Shown here piece after piece: positions 12,435-25,449 of a stretch of DNA of 64,000 nt. The stretch lies in assembly GCA_002633005.1 (NCBI GenBank), contig NMRA01000126.1, positions 388,979-452,978 of the forward strand, read 5' to 3'. Position 1 is the first letter of the stretch, and every line of letters starts with the position of its first letter. Under the pieces are notes generated by a model. That model was given only the letters and a program-made list of their open reading frames with translations, did not search any database and was not told where the DNA came from. The position numbers and the translations under genes were made by a program. Origin of the DNA: Phoronis australis (lineage: Eukaryota > Animalia > Phoronida).

Positions 12435-12550
12435 CTTTTCTCCTCTTCTCCTCAGCTAATCTTTCTTCTTCCTCGCGTCTTCGTCGTTCTTCCTCTTCCC
12501 GGAGTCGTCTTTTTAAATCTTCCTCTTTTTGTTTGCGCTCACTTTCTTCC
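12435..12550 (-). CDS. ITSN1: Intersectin exon, E/K/R-rich coiled coil
   Basis: EESERKQKEEDLKRRLREEEERRRREEEERLAEEKRRK; TAG and GTGAAT borders, phase 2-1. Confidence 0.85.
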
Positions 12551-13160
12551 CTAGGAGAATACAAGAGGTTACCATGCAATATGAGCACAGGATTAAAGCA
12601 GAAGCAATTAACTTGAGCGGTTTGTCTCTTCCACTTTTGGCTAAATTCATGTCATTTCAACTTTGACAGGAAACTGCCAATTATCAATTCCTAGTTCTTC
12701 TCAGCTGTTGGATCATTCATATTAAGACTTTTAATAACGTGTACTCTTTCCAACTTATGACAAATGTACAACCACTATTCCTCCAATTGTACTCGCATCT
12801 AAAGCCACAGAGTAGAAAACTAAGACAATTTCAACATGATTTTGCCGCGTGTTGAGAAAGCTAAGTTGAGGCACCTGATGCTCTGTTGGGGCCTCAAAAC
12901 ACAGGCTGCTGCAGCTGCTTCTTGTAACAAGACATGTTCCTGAGATTTCAAATATCAACAATATCTTATTACTTACAACCCCCTTCCAACTCCCATCGTT
13001 TCTATTGTGTGTTTCCCTTAGATCTATAGCCTACTCTAATCTTGAACAAGACACATCAACGAAAACACAATCTCCAGCTACAATATCTTGGCTTTCTCCC
13101 TATACCCTGATGCCTTGATCTGGGGTGCACTCCATCAATGCAAGACCTTGTCGAATGAAG

Positions 13161-13290
13161 CTTATGTGACAACGTGCATCAATACCTTATGTGACAACAT
13201 GCATCAATACCTTATGTGACAACGTGCATCAATACCTTATGTGACAACGTGCATCAATACCTTATGTGACAATGTGCATCAATACCTTAT
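13161..13290. repeat. 25-bp tandem repeat x5 that includes an ITSN splice donor
   Basis: Unit CTTATGTGACAACGTGCATCAATAC. Confidence 0.95.
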
Positions 13291-13455
13291 CCTCTGCTGC
13301 TCTAGCTCCTGCCGTACTTTATCTTGCTTCTGTCGCTGTGCTCGCAGCTGTTCCTGTTTTTCGTCTTCCTGTTTCCTGCGGTAATCCGCCCAATCCTGAC
13401 GCTTGCGTTGCACCTGTGCCTCGAGTTCACGGTTCTCCGACTCGAGAGTTGTCAC
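13286..13455 (-). CDS. ITSN1: Intersectin exon, coiled coil (VTTLESENRELEAQ...ELEQQRI); alternative in-frame acceptor at 13470
   Basis: Q/E/R-rich open frame, phase 0-2, AG|GTATTG donor. Confidence 0.85.
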
Positions 13456-14347
13456 CTGGACATGCAACACCTAGAAACAAAAGGGACAAGAATTGCATTT
13501 TCCAGCTTCAAAAAGTCAAGAAGCGAACTTTGATGGCATGCTAGAAAACTATGTTATTTTTAATATATTAGCTCTGTCACTTGTGAAACAACTTGTGAAG
13601 CAAACTGTGAAGCTACAAAACACATTACATCACAAAAACTAATCGATGTTTTAGACTACGAACCGAAATCAAATTGATAACTAATTGTTCCTTAATCACA
13701 TTGGAGCTGATTACAGGTCTCCAAAAGAACAGCTAAATCATAATTGCTTGAGACCAGGCTCCACTAGTTGGCTTGTCGTTTTATTTGCCGAGGACGTCTC
13801 ACAGAATACCGAACTATCACTTCTGTGCAAACCAACAAATCACTTATCTTAGTAAAGAACAACTCCAGACCAATTTTAGAGCTGAAAGTGGTCTGAATCA
13901 AAGGTTTGAATGGATCCCAGGTTAAAACCACTTAAAATATTGAATAACAGCACACGCATTAGTGTCATTTGATTCATTCTAAAGTACTGATTGGCTTAAT
14001 ACCTGATTTCTTATAAGGCTGTCCAGTAACTGATTAAGTATGTCTCATTCCTTGTTCATTAAATATTTAAATAGCACACTCCACTTGTGACACACTAACA
14101 CACTTAGCTTTACTTCACATCCAGCTAAAAAAGGTGGATATCTAAATAGCAAACAGATTTCTGAAAATATTTGCACAACTAAGTTACAAGAAAAACAATG
14201 CAAATTTAATGTTAACCATTCTTCAGATGTTATGGACAACCCCCCAAATAAACATGTTTCAGTAGTTAAGTGCCAAACTCTCTGGACCCCAAAGGACATT
14301 CCATAAAAGATTTAAGTTTGGGCAAATCAAGTAACCACCGAACAAAC

Positions 14348-14487
14348 CTTCAGGTCTCCATTGCTGCTATCAATCTCCTGTAGTCTGTTGGCAGTCTGAC
14401 TTTCGACCTCTTGAAGGTTGGCTTTCAGTCTATCAATCATCAGCTTTTTACTGTGGTAGCTATGCTGGACTGTCTTAAATGTGTCAG
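14348..14487 (-). CDS. ITSN1: Intersectin exon, coiled coil (DTFKTVQHSYHSKKLMIDRLKANLQEVESQTANRLQEIDSSNGDLK)
   Basis: Manual translation resembles ITSN1 L..VE.ET...LQEID..N..LK; phase 1-0; not in the ORF track. Confidence 0.88.
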
Positions 14488-15350
14488 CTGTAATGAAATG
14501 TCACTAATTCCGAAAAATTCCAGGGTAATCCATTGTGTTACAATCAAGAATTTAGAAGCACGTTGAAGATTATTTTGAGTTGTATAGGAAACAAAAACTG
14601 ATTCCATAGCAGGAAGAGGATCTCAAGTTTTCATCATATTCAAGGTAAAACACTGCAAACATAACAGTTTAATTCTAGCCGCACATGATGCAGCTACTGA
14701 CAAGCGCCCAAGTGATCATGGCTGCAGGGCACATCATGCCCACATGCAGTGTTGCCATGGACACAGTGCTCCAACTGAAGCCAACTTCAAAGGATCCTGT
14801 GAAACGTGAGCATTCAAACGCACATACAATAGTTTTCAAAATGCACTGAACAACAGCAAAATTTGACAAAGTTTCAGCCCACAAAACCACGACTTAATAT
14901 ACATTTCTTTTCAACTAGAATCCTTTTCAATTCTGGATGAGTTTGGACAAATGTTGCTCCTTGCATGTTGTCGAAATCAAGACACCATATTGCCCACATG
15001 CATTACTGGGTAGGCTCAATAAAGGCATATTAAACTGCCACGAAGGTTCAACAAAAACGTCTCAATCTATTGCAACAAAAGTTTGAATAATCTGCCAGAT
15101 AAGTTAGGCAAGACGTTTATCCAAGTTTGGCACAGTTGTGTCAAAGTCTGTGTACTACTGTACCTGCACACAGTGTAAGTTTGGCCGTACATAGCAAAAA
15201 TCATCCAACAAGATGGAAATTAGTCGCAGCATAGAAAGATTGCAGTGGGAGGTGAGGCCAGTGCAGTGCTAACTTAGGACCCCTACAATCAGTGCCTGCC
15301 AATAACACCAGATCGATAGCGCGCTGCGTGAGGCTACCATAACAACTTAC

Positions 15351-15438
15351 ACAGAGGATTGCTCTGTAGAGTAGTTTGAAGATTGAGGTTAAACTTTTCT
15401 TTGTCCTTCATTAAAAATGTCAGCTTCTGCTTAGCATC
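15351..15438 (-). CDS. ITSN1: Intersectin exon, coiled coil (DAKQKLTFLMKDKEKFNLNLQTTLQSNPL)
   Basis: 88-nt open frame, CAG acceptor and GTAAGT donor, phase 0-1 linking its neighbours. Confidence 0.85.
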
Positions 15439-15702
15439 CTGAAATGAGTGAAAACAACATTCTTCAAAACCATTAAATCAGTGATTGCAAAACATTTCAC
15501 AGTATGTTTTCGATTGTGGCAAAGATACATTACTGAAATTTCACCCTCTGGTAATTGATATGGTACAGGCACTGAGAACAAATTCCATATACAGTAATGA
15601 TAGAAAACAAAACAATCATTCATTAAACCAGAAACAGTTCTACTAAGGAGATCTATCTTAAATATCATAGAAACATATCTCCATGTTGGTCATTTTACAC
15701 AC

Positions 15703-15843
15703 CGAGGCCAGTCTTTGCAGAGCCTCCATATCTGATAGCTTGGCATCGCGACTTTCCCTCATTTGGTCGATTTCAGATGTATGCGTTGAAACGCTGTTTT
15801 TGGCTTGCTGGATCTTCATTAAAATTTCTGACTTCTTAGTGTC
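15703..15843 (-). CDS. ITSN1: Intersectin exon, coiled coil (DTKKSEILMKIQQAKNSVSTHTSEIDQMRESRDAKLSDMEALQRLAS)
   Basis: 141-nt phase 0-0 open frame, TAG/GT borders, similar to ITSN1 ..KK..L..K.Q.......EI.....SR. Confidence 0.85.
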
Positions 15844-16553
15844 CTACAAAAAACGTTAAGGTAAAAAAAAACATGTCATTAGGAAACCGAAAATTTAAGA
15901 AAAGCCTATTGCTTCAACAACATTGTTAAACAATTGCAGTGTACAGTGTGATAACTATGATTATTTCTAAGCAACTGCGTCCAGAAAGAGTTGGAAAAGA
16001 TATATACATGACTTAACCATAACGTGTGTAATCTTTAAGCTGCTGCAATAAGCATGCCGTGTGTCAACAAATAACTTTAGATCTAAAGCATTAATTGTAA
16101 CAAAACTGGACCCAAATTGTTTTCTACACAGAGTAAAGGTGAGTTCAGGGCTAAAGAAGAACTGACAAATCATTATTGCTTGATACCAAATCAGTAACTT
16201 GGCTTGTATTAGTGGGTAAATCCAACTGAGTTCATTAACTTGGCTCGTCTTGGGTAAATCCAACTGCCAACAATGGTCTCGTGTAATAACAAACTGCCAG
16301 CTCTTTCTCAGCCCACAAATCACTTCTCACCCGAGTAAGGAACAAACTCAACAATTTTATAGTGCCGAGTGCTCTCAATCAAAAGTCAGTTCCTACGGAA
16401 GCCCCCAATTTCCATCAGCAAGCACAATATCTTTCAGCTTTGCTGCCGTGCAACAATAACAGCCCTTAAAATCGGACATTACTGCTATCACTACCGCTGT
16501 TACAATAACAATCACGACAACATTACAATTACTAGAATTATTACTATACTCAC

Positions 16554-16703
16554 CAGAGCCTCCAGTTCAAACTTGATGTTGTTAACCTGTGACTTGAGTG
16601 TGGCCAACACTTCTTGTTCCCTTCTCTTCTCCACCATAAGTTGCTCTTTCCGCTGTCGCTCCCACTCCATGTGACGTTGACGCTCCATCTCCCTCCGAGC
16701 AGC
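16554..16703 (-). CDS. ITSN1: Intersectin exon (AARREMERQRHMEWERQRKEQL...KFELEAL)
   Basis: Strong similarity to ITSN1 AAKRELERQRQLEWER...EFELEAL; GTGAGT donor. Confidence 0.93.
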
Positions 16704-16895
16704 CTAGAAACGGGCAAAGAAAAGCTGTAATGACTGGTCACAGTGTAGAGGTGAAATGCCAATAAAATGTTCCAAAATCTGCAATCAAGACACTTTCTCA
16801 TGAGGCAGACGTATAATTTGGATTCCAAATGGCATTTCCTATCCTAACACAATGCCGAGAATCATAGCAACACTTAACAATAATAAAGGTCTAAA

Positions 16896-17091
16896 AACAT
16901 GAGCAGATATCGTCTCAACAGGTCTCAGCCCACCTCCCTACCCAACATGAGCAGATATCGTCTCAACAGGTCTCAGTCCATCTCCCTACCCAACATGAGC
17001 AGATATCGTCTCAACAGGTCTCAGTCCATCTCCCTACCCAACATGAGCAGATATCGTCTCAACATGTCTCAGCCCACCTCCCTACTCAACA
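16896..17091. repeat. 48-bp tandem repeat x4
   Basis: Unit AACATGAGCAGATATCGTCTCAACAGGTCTCAG[CT]CCA[CT]CTCCCTACCC. Confidence 0.95.
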
Positions 17092-17465
17092 TTGTCTTTC
17101 TGTTCTTTTCTCTCTCCTTCTAGCTCATTCTGATCCTCCTTCACATGTCCTGTCCCAACAACTTCTCTCACACCATAACGCAACTACAGCTGAACTCCCT
17201 GACCCCCATCGCCTGACTCTTCAGCTCTTCCTTCTTTCACTCTAACTTCTACTAGCACTATATCAGTTTCTTACATCCCACACGAGCATTTCTTCCTATA
17301 TAGTAGTAGCCAACATCCCTGACCTCCATCCTCTGCTTTTCCTACCTGGCCCCCATGACCTTCCCCTCTGCTCTTTCTTCATTCACTTCAACTCTCTTTA
17401 GTGCTATGTCAGTTTCTTATATCCCATGTTGACATCTCCCATACCATACCACAGTACTAGCCTAC

Positions 17466-17577
17466 CTCCCTAGCCTCCATGGCCTTCCTCCTCTGCTCTT
17501 CCTTCTCTCGTTCCAACTCCCTCTGCCGCTGCATGTGCTTCTCCAGTTCCTGCTGCTTCTTTCGCTCTTGTTCCAAC
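17466..17577 (-). CDS. ITSN1: Intersectin exon (LEQERKKQQELEKHMQRQRELEREKEEQRRKAMEARE)
   Basis: Conserved KLERQ-region sequence; phase 2-0. Confidence 0.93.
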
Positions 17578-17791
17578 CTGGGAACGAAATAAAGTTCATG
17601 CAGATTACACACACTCAAGGGTGAATTTTCAAGTTGCAATCCCATAATTTGAAACATCTTTCCTACACAACTCCAAGGATTTGAAAGTTTTTCTGGCCCT
17701 TGTTCAGGATTTTCCCACTGCATTGAAAAACATTCCAAACTAATGAAAATTCAAGGAACTCTTACAAGAGTTTCCAAAGTATGAAGGATAC

Positions 17792-17942
17792 CTAATTTTC
17801 TCGCGTTTCTCCTGCTCCGCCCTTTCCTTAGCCAGGCGTGCCTCTTCCTCTTGCTTCTGCATATCACGCAACATCTGGCGACGCTTCTCCAGTTCTGCCT
17901 GACCTTTGTCAAAGTTCTCCTTCCTTTTGTCTTCAAACGTGA
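17792..17942 (-). CDS. ITSN1: Intersectin exon, start of coiled coil (VTFEDKRKENFDKGQAELEKRRQ...)
   Basis: Hallmark intersectin motif TFEDK..ENF..G..ELEKRRQ. Confidence 0.96.
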
Positions 17943-18698
17943 CTAAACAAGCAGGAATATCCATGCATCAAAGGAATCTGCAGGCAATGACTGTGCAACA
18001 CAACTTAAGGCAATTTTTCTTACTAATCATCCTAAAAACATTTTGCATTATGCCACTATGTGGATGTATAATGAGGCTGCACGATGTCTGGTGATACATT
18101 CTTTCCCAATGCTACAAGAAGCAGCAGTAGTACTGTCAAAGTATGATCAATGCTGTCTCTTGCATGAATGGTTGGAAGGTAACATTCAAGCATTCTGATT
18201 GGTTGAAAGTTGGGAAACATCCTGATGACTTGCAGATGCTAGAACAACAACAGACTAAATCTATGCATTCGTTTCTACTACTCAGTCAAGACTACAAGGC
18301 ATCAAGCTCATTCCCAGACCATTTGTGTACAACAAATGTCCCGGGTACATGCATTGACGGCCATAGTTACACAAATTCTGCATGTCAATGAATCACCATC
18401 CTTGTACAGAGCCACTGCTCCACTGCGAAAGAGTGCCCTCTGGCGAAAGCAAATTAGTCAGTTATATTCCTTAAGGCACACTATCAAAATGTAACAGTTA
18501 CTATGAAACAAGTGACAAAATAATACAAAAATTAAGGCATGCAAAAGCTCAAACCGTTCAGATGCGCTTCGTAACTAGTCATCCCCATACTTGATTCAGG
18601 AAGTAACCAGCAATAAATTAGTGACAAAAACTTCATTCAATAGTCGAGCACTAACAGAAGGTGAACAATAACTTTACGAAATGACAAGGCATGCATAC

Positions 18699-18776
18699 CA
18701 GAAGAAGCCAAGTCATTGAGCGACAGGTTCAAATCGAGCTGAGGCATGGCGGCAACATTCATACTATTGGAACCAC
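18699..18776 (-). CDS. ITSN1: Probable small symmetric intersectin exon (GSNSMNVAAMPQLDLNLSLNDLASS)
   Basis: 78 nt, TAG acceptor, GTATGC donor, phase 1-1, no stop codon; no recognisable homology. Confidence 0.6.
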
Positions 18777-20109
18777 CTATAAGACATGCAAGCAATTAGA
18801 ACAACATTCATAGCATTCAATGTAACATAAAAACTGAAAAGCACGTGGCACTCAAGAGGCAATAAGCTAACTACCATAATGATACATAGAACATGCTCAA
18901 CAAACAACAGTGGTTAAGGAACTGTCTGGCTGATTCCATGGAATGATCTGTGATGGTTTAAAGGTACTTTAACAATGACAGAAATGTGGCTTGGTTAAAT
19001 GTTGCATCTACGGTTAAAAAGTTTATGTCAATTGTTCTGAAGTATAAAGCAGAAACTATACAATTCTCAAGTAGACCTGTTGATCAAGCTACCATTGATG
19101 AGAATGAACAGCTAAAACTAGCCATAACGGCCACACAACATGCAAGCTCTGAACTGAAGAAGGGACAACTTCAACTTACAATAGACAAAAGTGGGATACT
19201 GTTCAGTATTGACAGTTTTCCCTATAGAGGGCAGCAAAAATAAAAAGGAGAGAGAGGAGAATTAGCCTACTGCTGCGAAATGAAAGCAGAGTTTGTTACA
19301 TGAACATCACCACTGACTGTTTGCCATTACTGCGGCAATTGATACTATAATCAATATTAGAAAGTACCAAGAAAGTGTAGAGCTCTTGCAAACACCTCCC
19401 CATAATTCAATTCCCCACCAATTTCTACAAATTTATACGAGCATAAGCCAATACCAACATTGACTTTTGATTCGTGTGATTCGTTAGCGGGTTGTCACTA
19501 TGCATGATTGCATTTATAAAATGCATCTAAATGACTATTCTGCACGTAAAGGCTGTAAAACACCAAAAAACTGATCAATGGGTCCCATTGGCTTATTTTC
19601 ACACTCCGCTGAGAATTTCATCAACTAGTTAAATTTTTACAGCATTTTTGTTAATGGGTGTAAAATTGCATCTTCGCAGAATGTCTAATTTCAATCAAAC
19701 TGGCTCAAAGCTAACACAGAAACTTCTAAGAACTGCATGCTCCCACACTCAATCTAACCCAAATCATTCATGCTATTAGCAGCAAAGAACAAGACAATGG
19801 GTAAAACTCCCAATCGTCCACCTATATATTTACATAATATTCAATAAACATCAAAAGACGGACTTGCAGTTGAATACAGCATACACCCCGAGTCAAGATC
19901 ATTTTCAGGCAACATGTAGCAAACACAGAACAGTAACTCGTGTACACTTTGGTTGACAATGCCTCACAGCAGCTTAGTAATGGACATATTGTAGAGTCTT
20001 GCCCAGTGATCTAGGAACAAGGTACAACTCTCTGCATAGTACCAACAGAATGTACAGGAAGGGAGAGGAGCTTTTGCTGATACACCACCAATGCTGATTT
20101 GCCATTTAC

Positions 20110-20351
20110 CTGTCGACATCATTACTGGCTGCTGAGGGGGTGGAGCCTGCTGCTGAATGGAAGGGACTCCCACTGAGCCAGGCAGGCTGGTGTTGCTTTG
20201 TGACCGACCCCTCCTGAAGGTGGGAGGGATCAACTCAGCAGGCAGTCTGGAGGGCAGGACCACGCCTTGCTTTGCAGTATCAGCTAGGTGCATGGCTAGA
20301 CAGAACTCTTCCTGGGTCAGCTTGCCGTCCATGTCAATGTCAGATAGCGTC
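20110..20351 (-). CDS. ITSN1: Intersectin exon, EH2 EF-hand and Pro-rich tail ([22 protein letters not shown]...[12 protein letters not shown])
   Basis: EH-domain motif LSDID.DGKLT.EEF.LAMHL; CAG and GTAAAT borders. Confidence 0.96.
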
Positions 20352-21034
20352 CTGAAAGGAATCAATGAACTTGATAATTACACTTGACAGCATAACATTG
20401 AACAAGATCACTGAACATTAGCCTCATATGAATAAAAACAATATGGAACAATAAAGCTAGTTTCTTGCAACATTGTTACAAAAGCCTCTGCATATAAATC
20501 TCACAAATAACTGAGATGATTGAATGCAACCATTTTGGTGTTAATTTATTATCCATGTTTGCCTCAGTTAATCTGCATGTCCTCCAAGAGTAACATGTCC
20601 TTAAATGGCCTCATAAATTAACATGCATGACACTAAAATCAGTCTTGCATATTAAAAGACAAATAAATCAGCAGTCAGTTTTTGAATAGGTAGGCATATC
20701 TGCCATCAAACTCAAGATACAAGTCTTATAGAAGTCACTCCAACTAGACATCATAACCAGCACTATATCTTAAAATTTCTGATCAGCAAACCAATACATG
20801 TCTACTGCTTTGATGGAGCTGTGACTCCTTGTGTGTATGAATTGAACAAATTTTACTTGAAATATTTATTCTTGAAATCACTCTCTCACTGGAAATCACT
20901 TTTTTTAAATTCATCCGAGATCTCGAATACACTAAAGCTGGGAAATGAGATGGGTGATAAGTTCAAAGATAATACCACAGGTCATACTAAAATCTTTCCA
21001 TACATAGAACTGACAAAACACCTCTTCAACTCAC

Positions 21035-21290
21035 CATATCTGGGCCAGTACAGGTTGTGGCAGGCCTGTCTGTTGAAGGATTGCCCGTGCCTCCACGCCT
21101 GTCAAGTAGTTTCGGCGAAACCTGTCATTGGCATTGAACATTTGGTTGTAACGCAGCTTGTTCTGGTGGGGTATGGCCCAGTCACCTGAAGCCGAGCCTG
21201 CACGGTCACGCTCTCCCTGTACAGAGCCCGACCGCGCCCGGGCATCTTGGAAATTGGTGGTGCCACCTGCAGGCACACTGCCAGGTCCTC
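21035..21290 (-). CDS. ITSN1: Intersectin exon, EH2 N-terminal half (DWAIPHQNKLRYNQMFNAND...LTGVEARAILQQTGLPQPVLAQIW)
   Basis: EH2 consensus; split Trp codon TG|G joins the next exon. Confidence 0.95.
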
Positions 21291-21515
21291 CTGAAAAGTA
21301 AAATGGAAAGTTTAAATACACTCTTTCTGCTCGACTTTATTTGAAAACATAAAACAAGTCAAAACACAAGTCAGTTTAGTTGACGGTCTTTCATCATGTC
21401 TCGCACTTGAAAAATGAATCTAAAACACAGTTTTAGGGCCACAAGAAAGGCTGCAGAAATCATGGTTTCTATGCAAAATTATTTATGTTAAATAAAAATG
21501 TGATGTTCAGCTTAC

Positions 21516-21629
21516 TCATTAGTCCATTCTGCATAGCTCCTGCCTGGGCACTGGGGGTATTGAAACTGGCAGCACCAAAACCACCCCCACCCATTGCAGG
21601 AGCTGAAGCCACTTGGTGAATTGGTGAAG
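21516..21629 (-). CDS. ITSN1: Intersectin exon, EH1-EH2 low-complexity linker (SPIHQVASAPAMGGGGFG...NGLM)
   Basis: CAG acceptor, GTAAGC donor, phase 1-1 open frame. Confidence 0.75.
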
Positions 21630-23133
21630 CTGCAAGCACATAAACAGGTCTTAGGTTACTGCAAAATGATGCATCATTCAATTGTAAAATAACTTTTCTT
21701 AGCTACAAAACATGAAGCTCACAATCGTCTAGTTTGTAAACGGTGATGTTTAGGGTGGGTACTTATGCCCATGTACCCATATGTGAAACTGTACTTAAGT
21801 TTTTAACCTCCCATAAGCACCTACATTTGAATCACATTGAGTAAAACCAAGGAAGACCCTTAAAATATGTCACTTTAAGTTGACTTGTCCATTACAAATG
21901 GCTGACACGAACATTTATTCAAAAGTTATTTTAAGATACAGCAGCTACAAGTTGGAATTTGCCGTCCTGGTAAACGGTGATAAGAGTATTTCGTAAGCAA
22001 CGCCACCTACAATTTAAAATGTAATTTGAATGTAGCTTTTAAAGCAATGGTATTTCACAGCATTTTTCGAAACTGCAAACTCTATGGCGATAATCTCCAT
22101 TGTTGTACTGCGGGACAATCTAATGATTCCCGTAAAAACATCCAAGATGGCTACATGTCTGTGAAAGAATTTGCATTTTGTTTTTCACACACTCTGCCTG
22201 TCTTGACCACAAAAATTTGAAATAGGGCAACAACAGATGTCACTTTTAGCACCCATATAACACTAAAGAATTGTAGGTCGAATCTTTTTTTATTAAACTC
22301 CTAATCTTCAATGAAAAATATTAAAAGTGGACAAAAAATAGACAACAAGTTCAAGAGACATCTGCTTGTGTCCATATGCAAAGGTTAGGTAGTATGCAAC
22401 TGCATGCAAAACACTTGAGGAAAAACTCTTTGAAAAATGCATTATTTTGGATTTAGGTGCATTAGTCGCAGTAATTGACAGAACATTCATCAATCACATT
22501 TGGTGTAAATTAAAATAAAGCAACTTAAGGTGCTTCAAAATAAAAGTTGAATTAAATATAATTCTTCCTTTAGACTTTGTCACATTATGTATTACAACAT
22601 GCTAAATCTTTTTAATCAGCAAACTCATTAAAGCCATGTAGGACTAGTGTGTGAATTTATCCAAATATCAAGACAATATATTTTCTGAAAGTAGGTATTA
22701 AAACTTGTAGAATTTGATTTTTGATTCTTTTAACCAATCTGCCATTAACTGGATCATGTGACCATGTGTTTCTGGTAGAAATTAGCTAAAATGAGAAGGT
22801 ACATTAATAGCAAACTGAGTGTATCAATAATTGACCTAACTTCTTTTGATACAATGTTTAACACCAAATGCGTTGCTACACTTTTCCAAATTGTCATATC
22901 GTTTCCATTTAATGCAAGTTTTGATCGTTTCTAGTCAACAGCCCCTCATGCAAATGTGGAACATTTTTTAAACAATTCCTAACACTGTTTTGGAGAACAG
23001 TGCATAAGGCACAGTTCGTGAAAGTTTCATCCGAGTCCAATCAGCCATTTTTTGAGATATGATATTCCGAAGTGAGCTAAATTTGGACATTTTTCTAACA
23101 GCCCTTCATAACTTTAAGGTAAATGTCTCTTAC

Positions 23134-23300
23134 TCTGCATTGCATTAAATGTGCCAAATGCTGGACTAGGGTCAGACTTCAGACTTGCCGGAAGGACCTT
23201 GGGCACATCAAAGCCCTGTAGTTTCTTCTTGATGAGAAAACAAGCAATGGAAAACTCCTTCCTGTCCATCTTGCCATCGGCATTCAGGTCAGCCAAACTC
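23134..23300 (-). CDS. ITSN1: Intersectin exon, EH1 EF-hand (SLADLNADGKMDRKEFSIACFLIKKKLQG..LPASLK)
   Basis: EH1 consensus LAD.N.DG.MD..EFSIA..LIK.KLQG. Confidence 0.96.
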
Positions 23301-24109
23301 CTGAAATGACAATACTTTACAGGTAGTACGGTCTTCAACCATACCTGGCACCAAGGGGTCAGTTTCACTGAACATTTAACTTTGTGTCGCAACTTTACTT
23401 GGGACCAAAAAAGTCGGAAGTCATTTATTGTAACGGGCCCTAGTCAAGCAACTCTTATTTTATTCCAACTGTTACATTTTCAGTTGCAGGGCAGAATATT
23501 TAACAGATGCTCAAAATTAGATTTTGAGAAGATACTGCAAAATAGTAATAGGAACACAGGAATATTTATAGCATGGGAAGGAAACCAGTCTTGTTGCCCA
23601 AATGTGTATACAGCATGACACAGTCACATGAAGTGTTCTTACATGAAAGCAGATGATAACCTAATCAAAACGAAAATACTTCTGTACGCATTTATTTAAC
23701 ACAGTGACCTGTTTTTATAGCCCTAACAGACTGAGAGAGTTTAAGGTCATGAGGCTTATCATGACTATTTTATATGTGGCCAACTTTCCAGAACTTTCAC
23801 TGGGACTACAGTGACATGCAATGCTCTATGCATCCATGGAAAAAATTGAAAAAGCTGAACTGACTTCCACAAGGAAATTAGTGGGCACTGTGTGAATTGA
23901 TTTTCTATGTAAAAGTATGGGCTTGAAAACAAAATTCACTTTAAATACAAAACCCAAAAAGTTTTGCAAGGAATAGTAAAATGATTTCTACAATCTATTG
24001 GTCAATATATTTCAATCTGTACCCTGGTAAGACATTTCGGTCAGTCATTTCTACAGCTATCACCAGGTGTTACAGTGTTCTTTGAAGAATGAGAAGGGGT
24101 ACAAGGTAT

Positions 24110-24370
24110 ACTCATGGTGTGGTGGTTAGAGTGCTGGGATTATCACCTAAAGGTCACCAGTTCAAATCCCACCTCGTTCCAATGAAAGGTTTTTAGAAAT
24201 CCAAAAATATTTGCTCATCACTGACCACCATAAGTATGCCACATACCTGAGCTCATTCTTCAAAGATTGTAGCAACAACTGATGATGAACAGAGACCCAC
24301 CAAAACCTCGTGCCAATCTACAATAGGCTAGAGGTTGGTGTAAATAGACCAGCAGATTTTAGCAATGTTA
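24110..24370 (+). mobile_element. Degenerate tRNA-derived SINE
   Basis: A-box-like TGGTGTGGTGG and B-box-like GTTCAAATCC at tRNA spacing; no clean cloverleaf. Confidence 0.5.
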
Positions 24371-24522
24371 CAGCACAGTGGTCTTAAGTAGTCAATTTCA
24401 TTATTCACCTTGAACTGCAACTTAAGGTCATGATTTCATTATGTACATAATTGTGAAGACACCCATGACCTCACTAAATTCAAATGCAAGACCAATAAGA
24501 TGCACCCCCAATAAACACTGAC

Positions 24523-24679
24523 CATATCTGACCCAGCACCGGGGCTGGCAGCCCTGACTGTAGAAAGAAGCCTCGTGCCTGGTCTCCGGTGACAAAGCCC
24601 ATCGCTGGCTTGAGACTGAAGAACTGCGAGTCATGCTTCTGCCGGTCCTCTGCTGTGATGCGCCACGTCTCTGCACCAC
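24523..24679 (-). CDS. ITSN1: Intersectin exon, EH1 N-terminal half ([24 protein letters not shown]...[23 protein letters not shown])
   Basis: Close match to the ITSN1 N-terminus; phase-1 acceptor implies a short upstream ATG exon, which I did not locate. Confidence 0.96.
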
Positions 24680-25449
24680 CTGTGGGACAAAAGGGAGGCA
24701 GTGACAACCAGTGATACAATGTACTAGCTTTAAGTTAGTGCAAAATTAAAGTGAATTTCAAAAGTATAGAAGTCATTCAATCACTCGTGCACAAAAAACA
24801 TACCAGGTATTTTAAAAACAGTAATCGTATACTCGTTACCCACAAAAATAATTGTCAAAATTGTATTTTTCCAGAGGTTGGCTATCTTCCTGCAAATACT
24901 GGACATTTTACTTCTTTTATGGCATACGGGTATCTTTAATAACCAAGCTAATAATAGCCTAAAATTCTCAAAGTATAATTATTTTTGCTGAGCCGTTTAA
25001 CAAAATAAAGATTCACTTCTCTAACACATTGCGTTGCCAAATATGTGAAGAATACCCCCATGAACCTATGCTCGTAAAGCTGTCTGCAGTTAATGAGAAG
25101 TGGAGATAAATTTGTCCCGAGTTCAAAATAAAAACATGAAAATCACTGAGGTGCTGCACAGGCCATGAGAAGTATTATTTTTGGTTTAATTAATCTATAT
25201 GACTGTGGTGAGAATGATTATCTTGTTTAACAGTAGGAAAAGTGATTTTGATGTTATGTACACAGTAATTCAGAACATTTTGTCCTTAAAGAATGAAGTT
25301 TTTGCCTTGCATACATCCTCCGAAATGCATTGAACCAAGTTAAAAAACAAGATCTAAAAATAACTTATATTTTCAAAATTCAAGCTATAAACATCATCAG
25401 ATAAATAGACGAATGAAGGAGCTAGTTAGGTTTGTTGTGTTATTTGGTT

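Noticed and set aside
16899-17123. Repetitive peptide ORF (MSRYRLNRSQ...)
   Set aside because: By-product of a 48-bp tandem repeat, antisense within an ITSN intron; no sign of coding function
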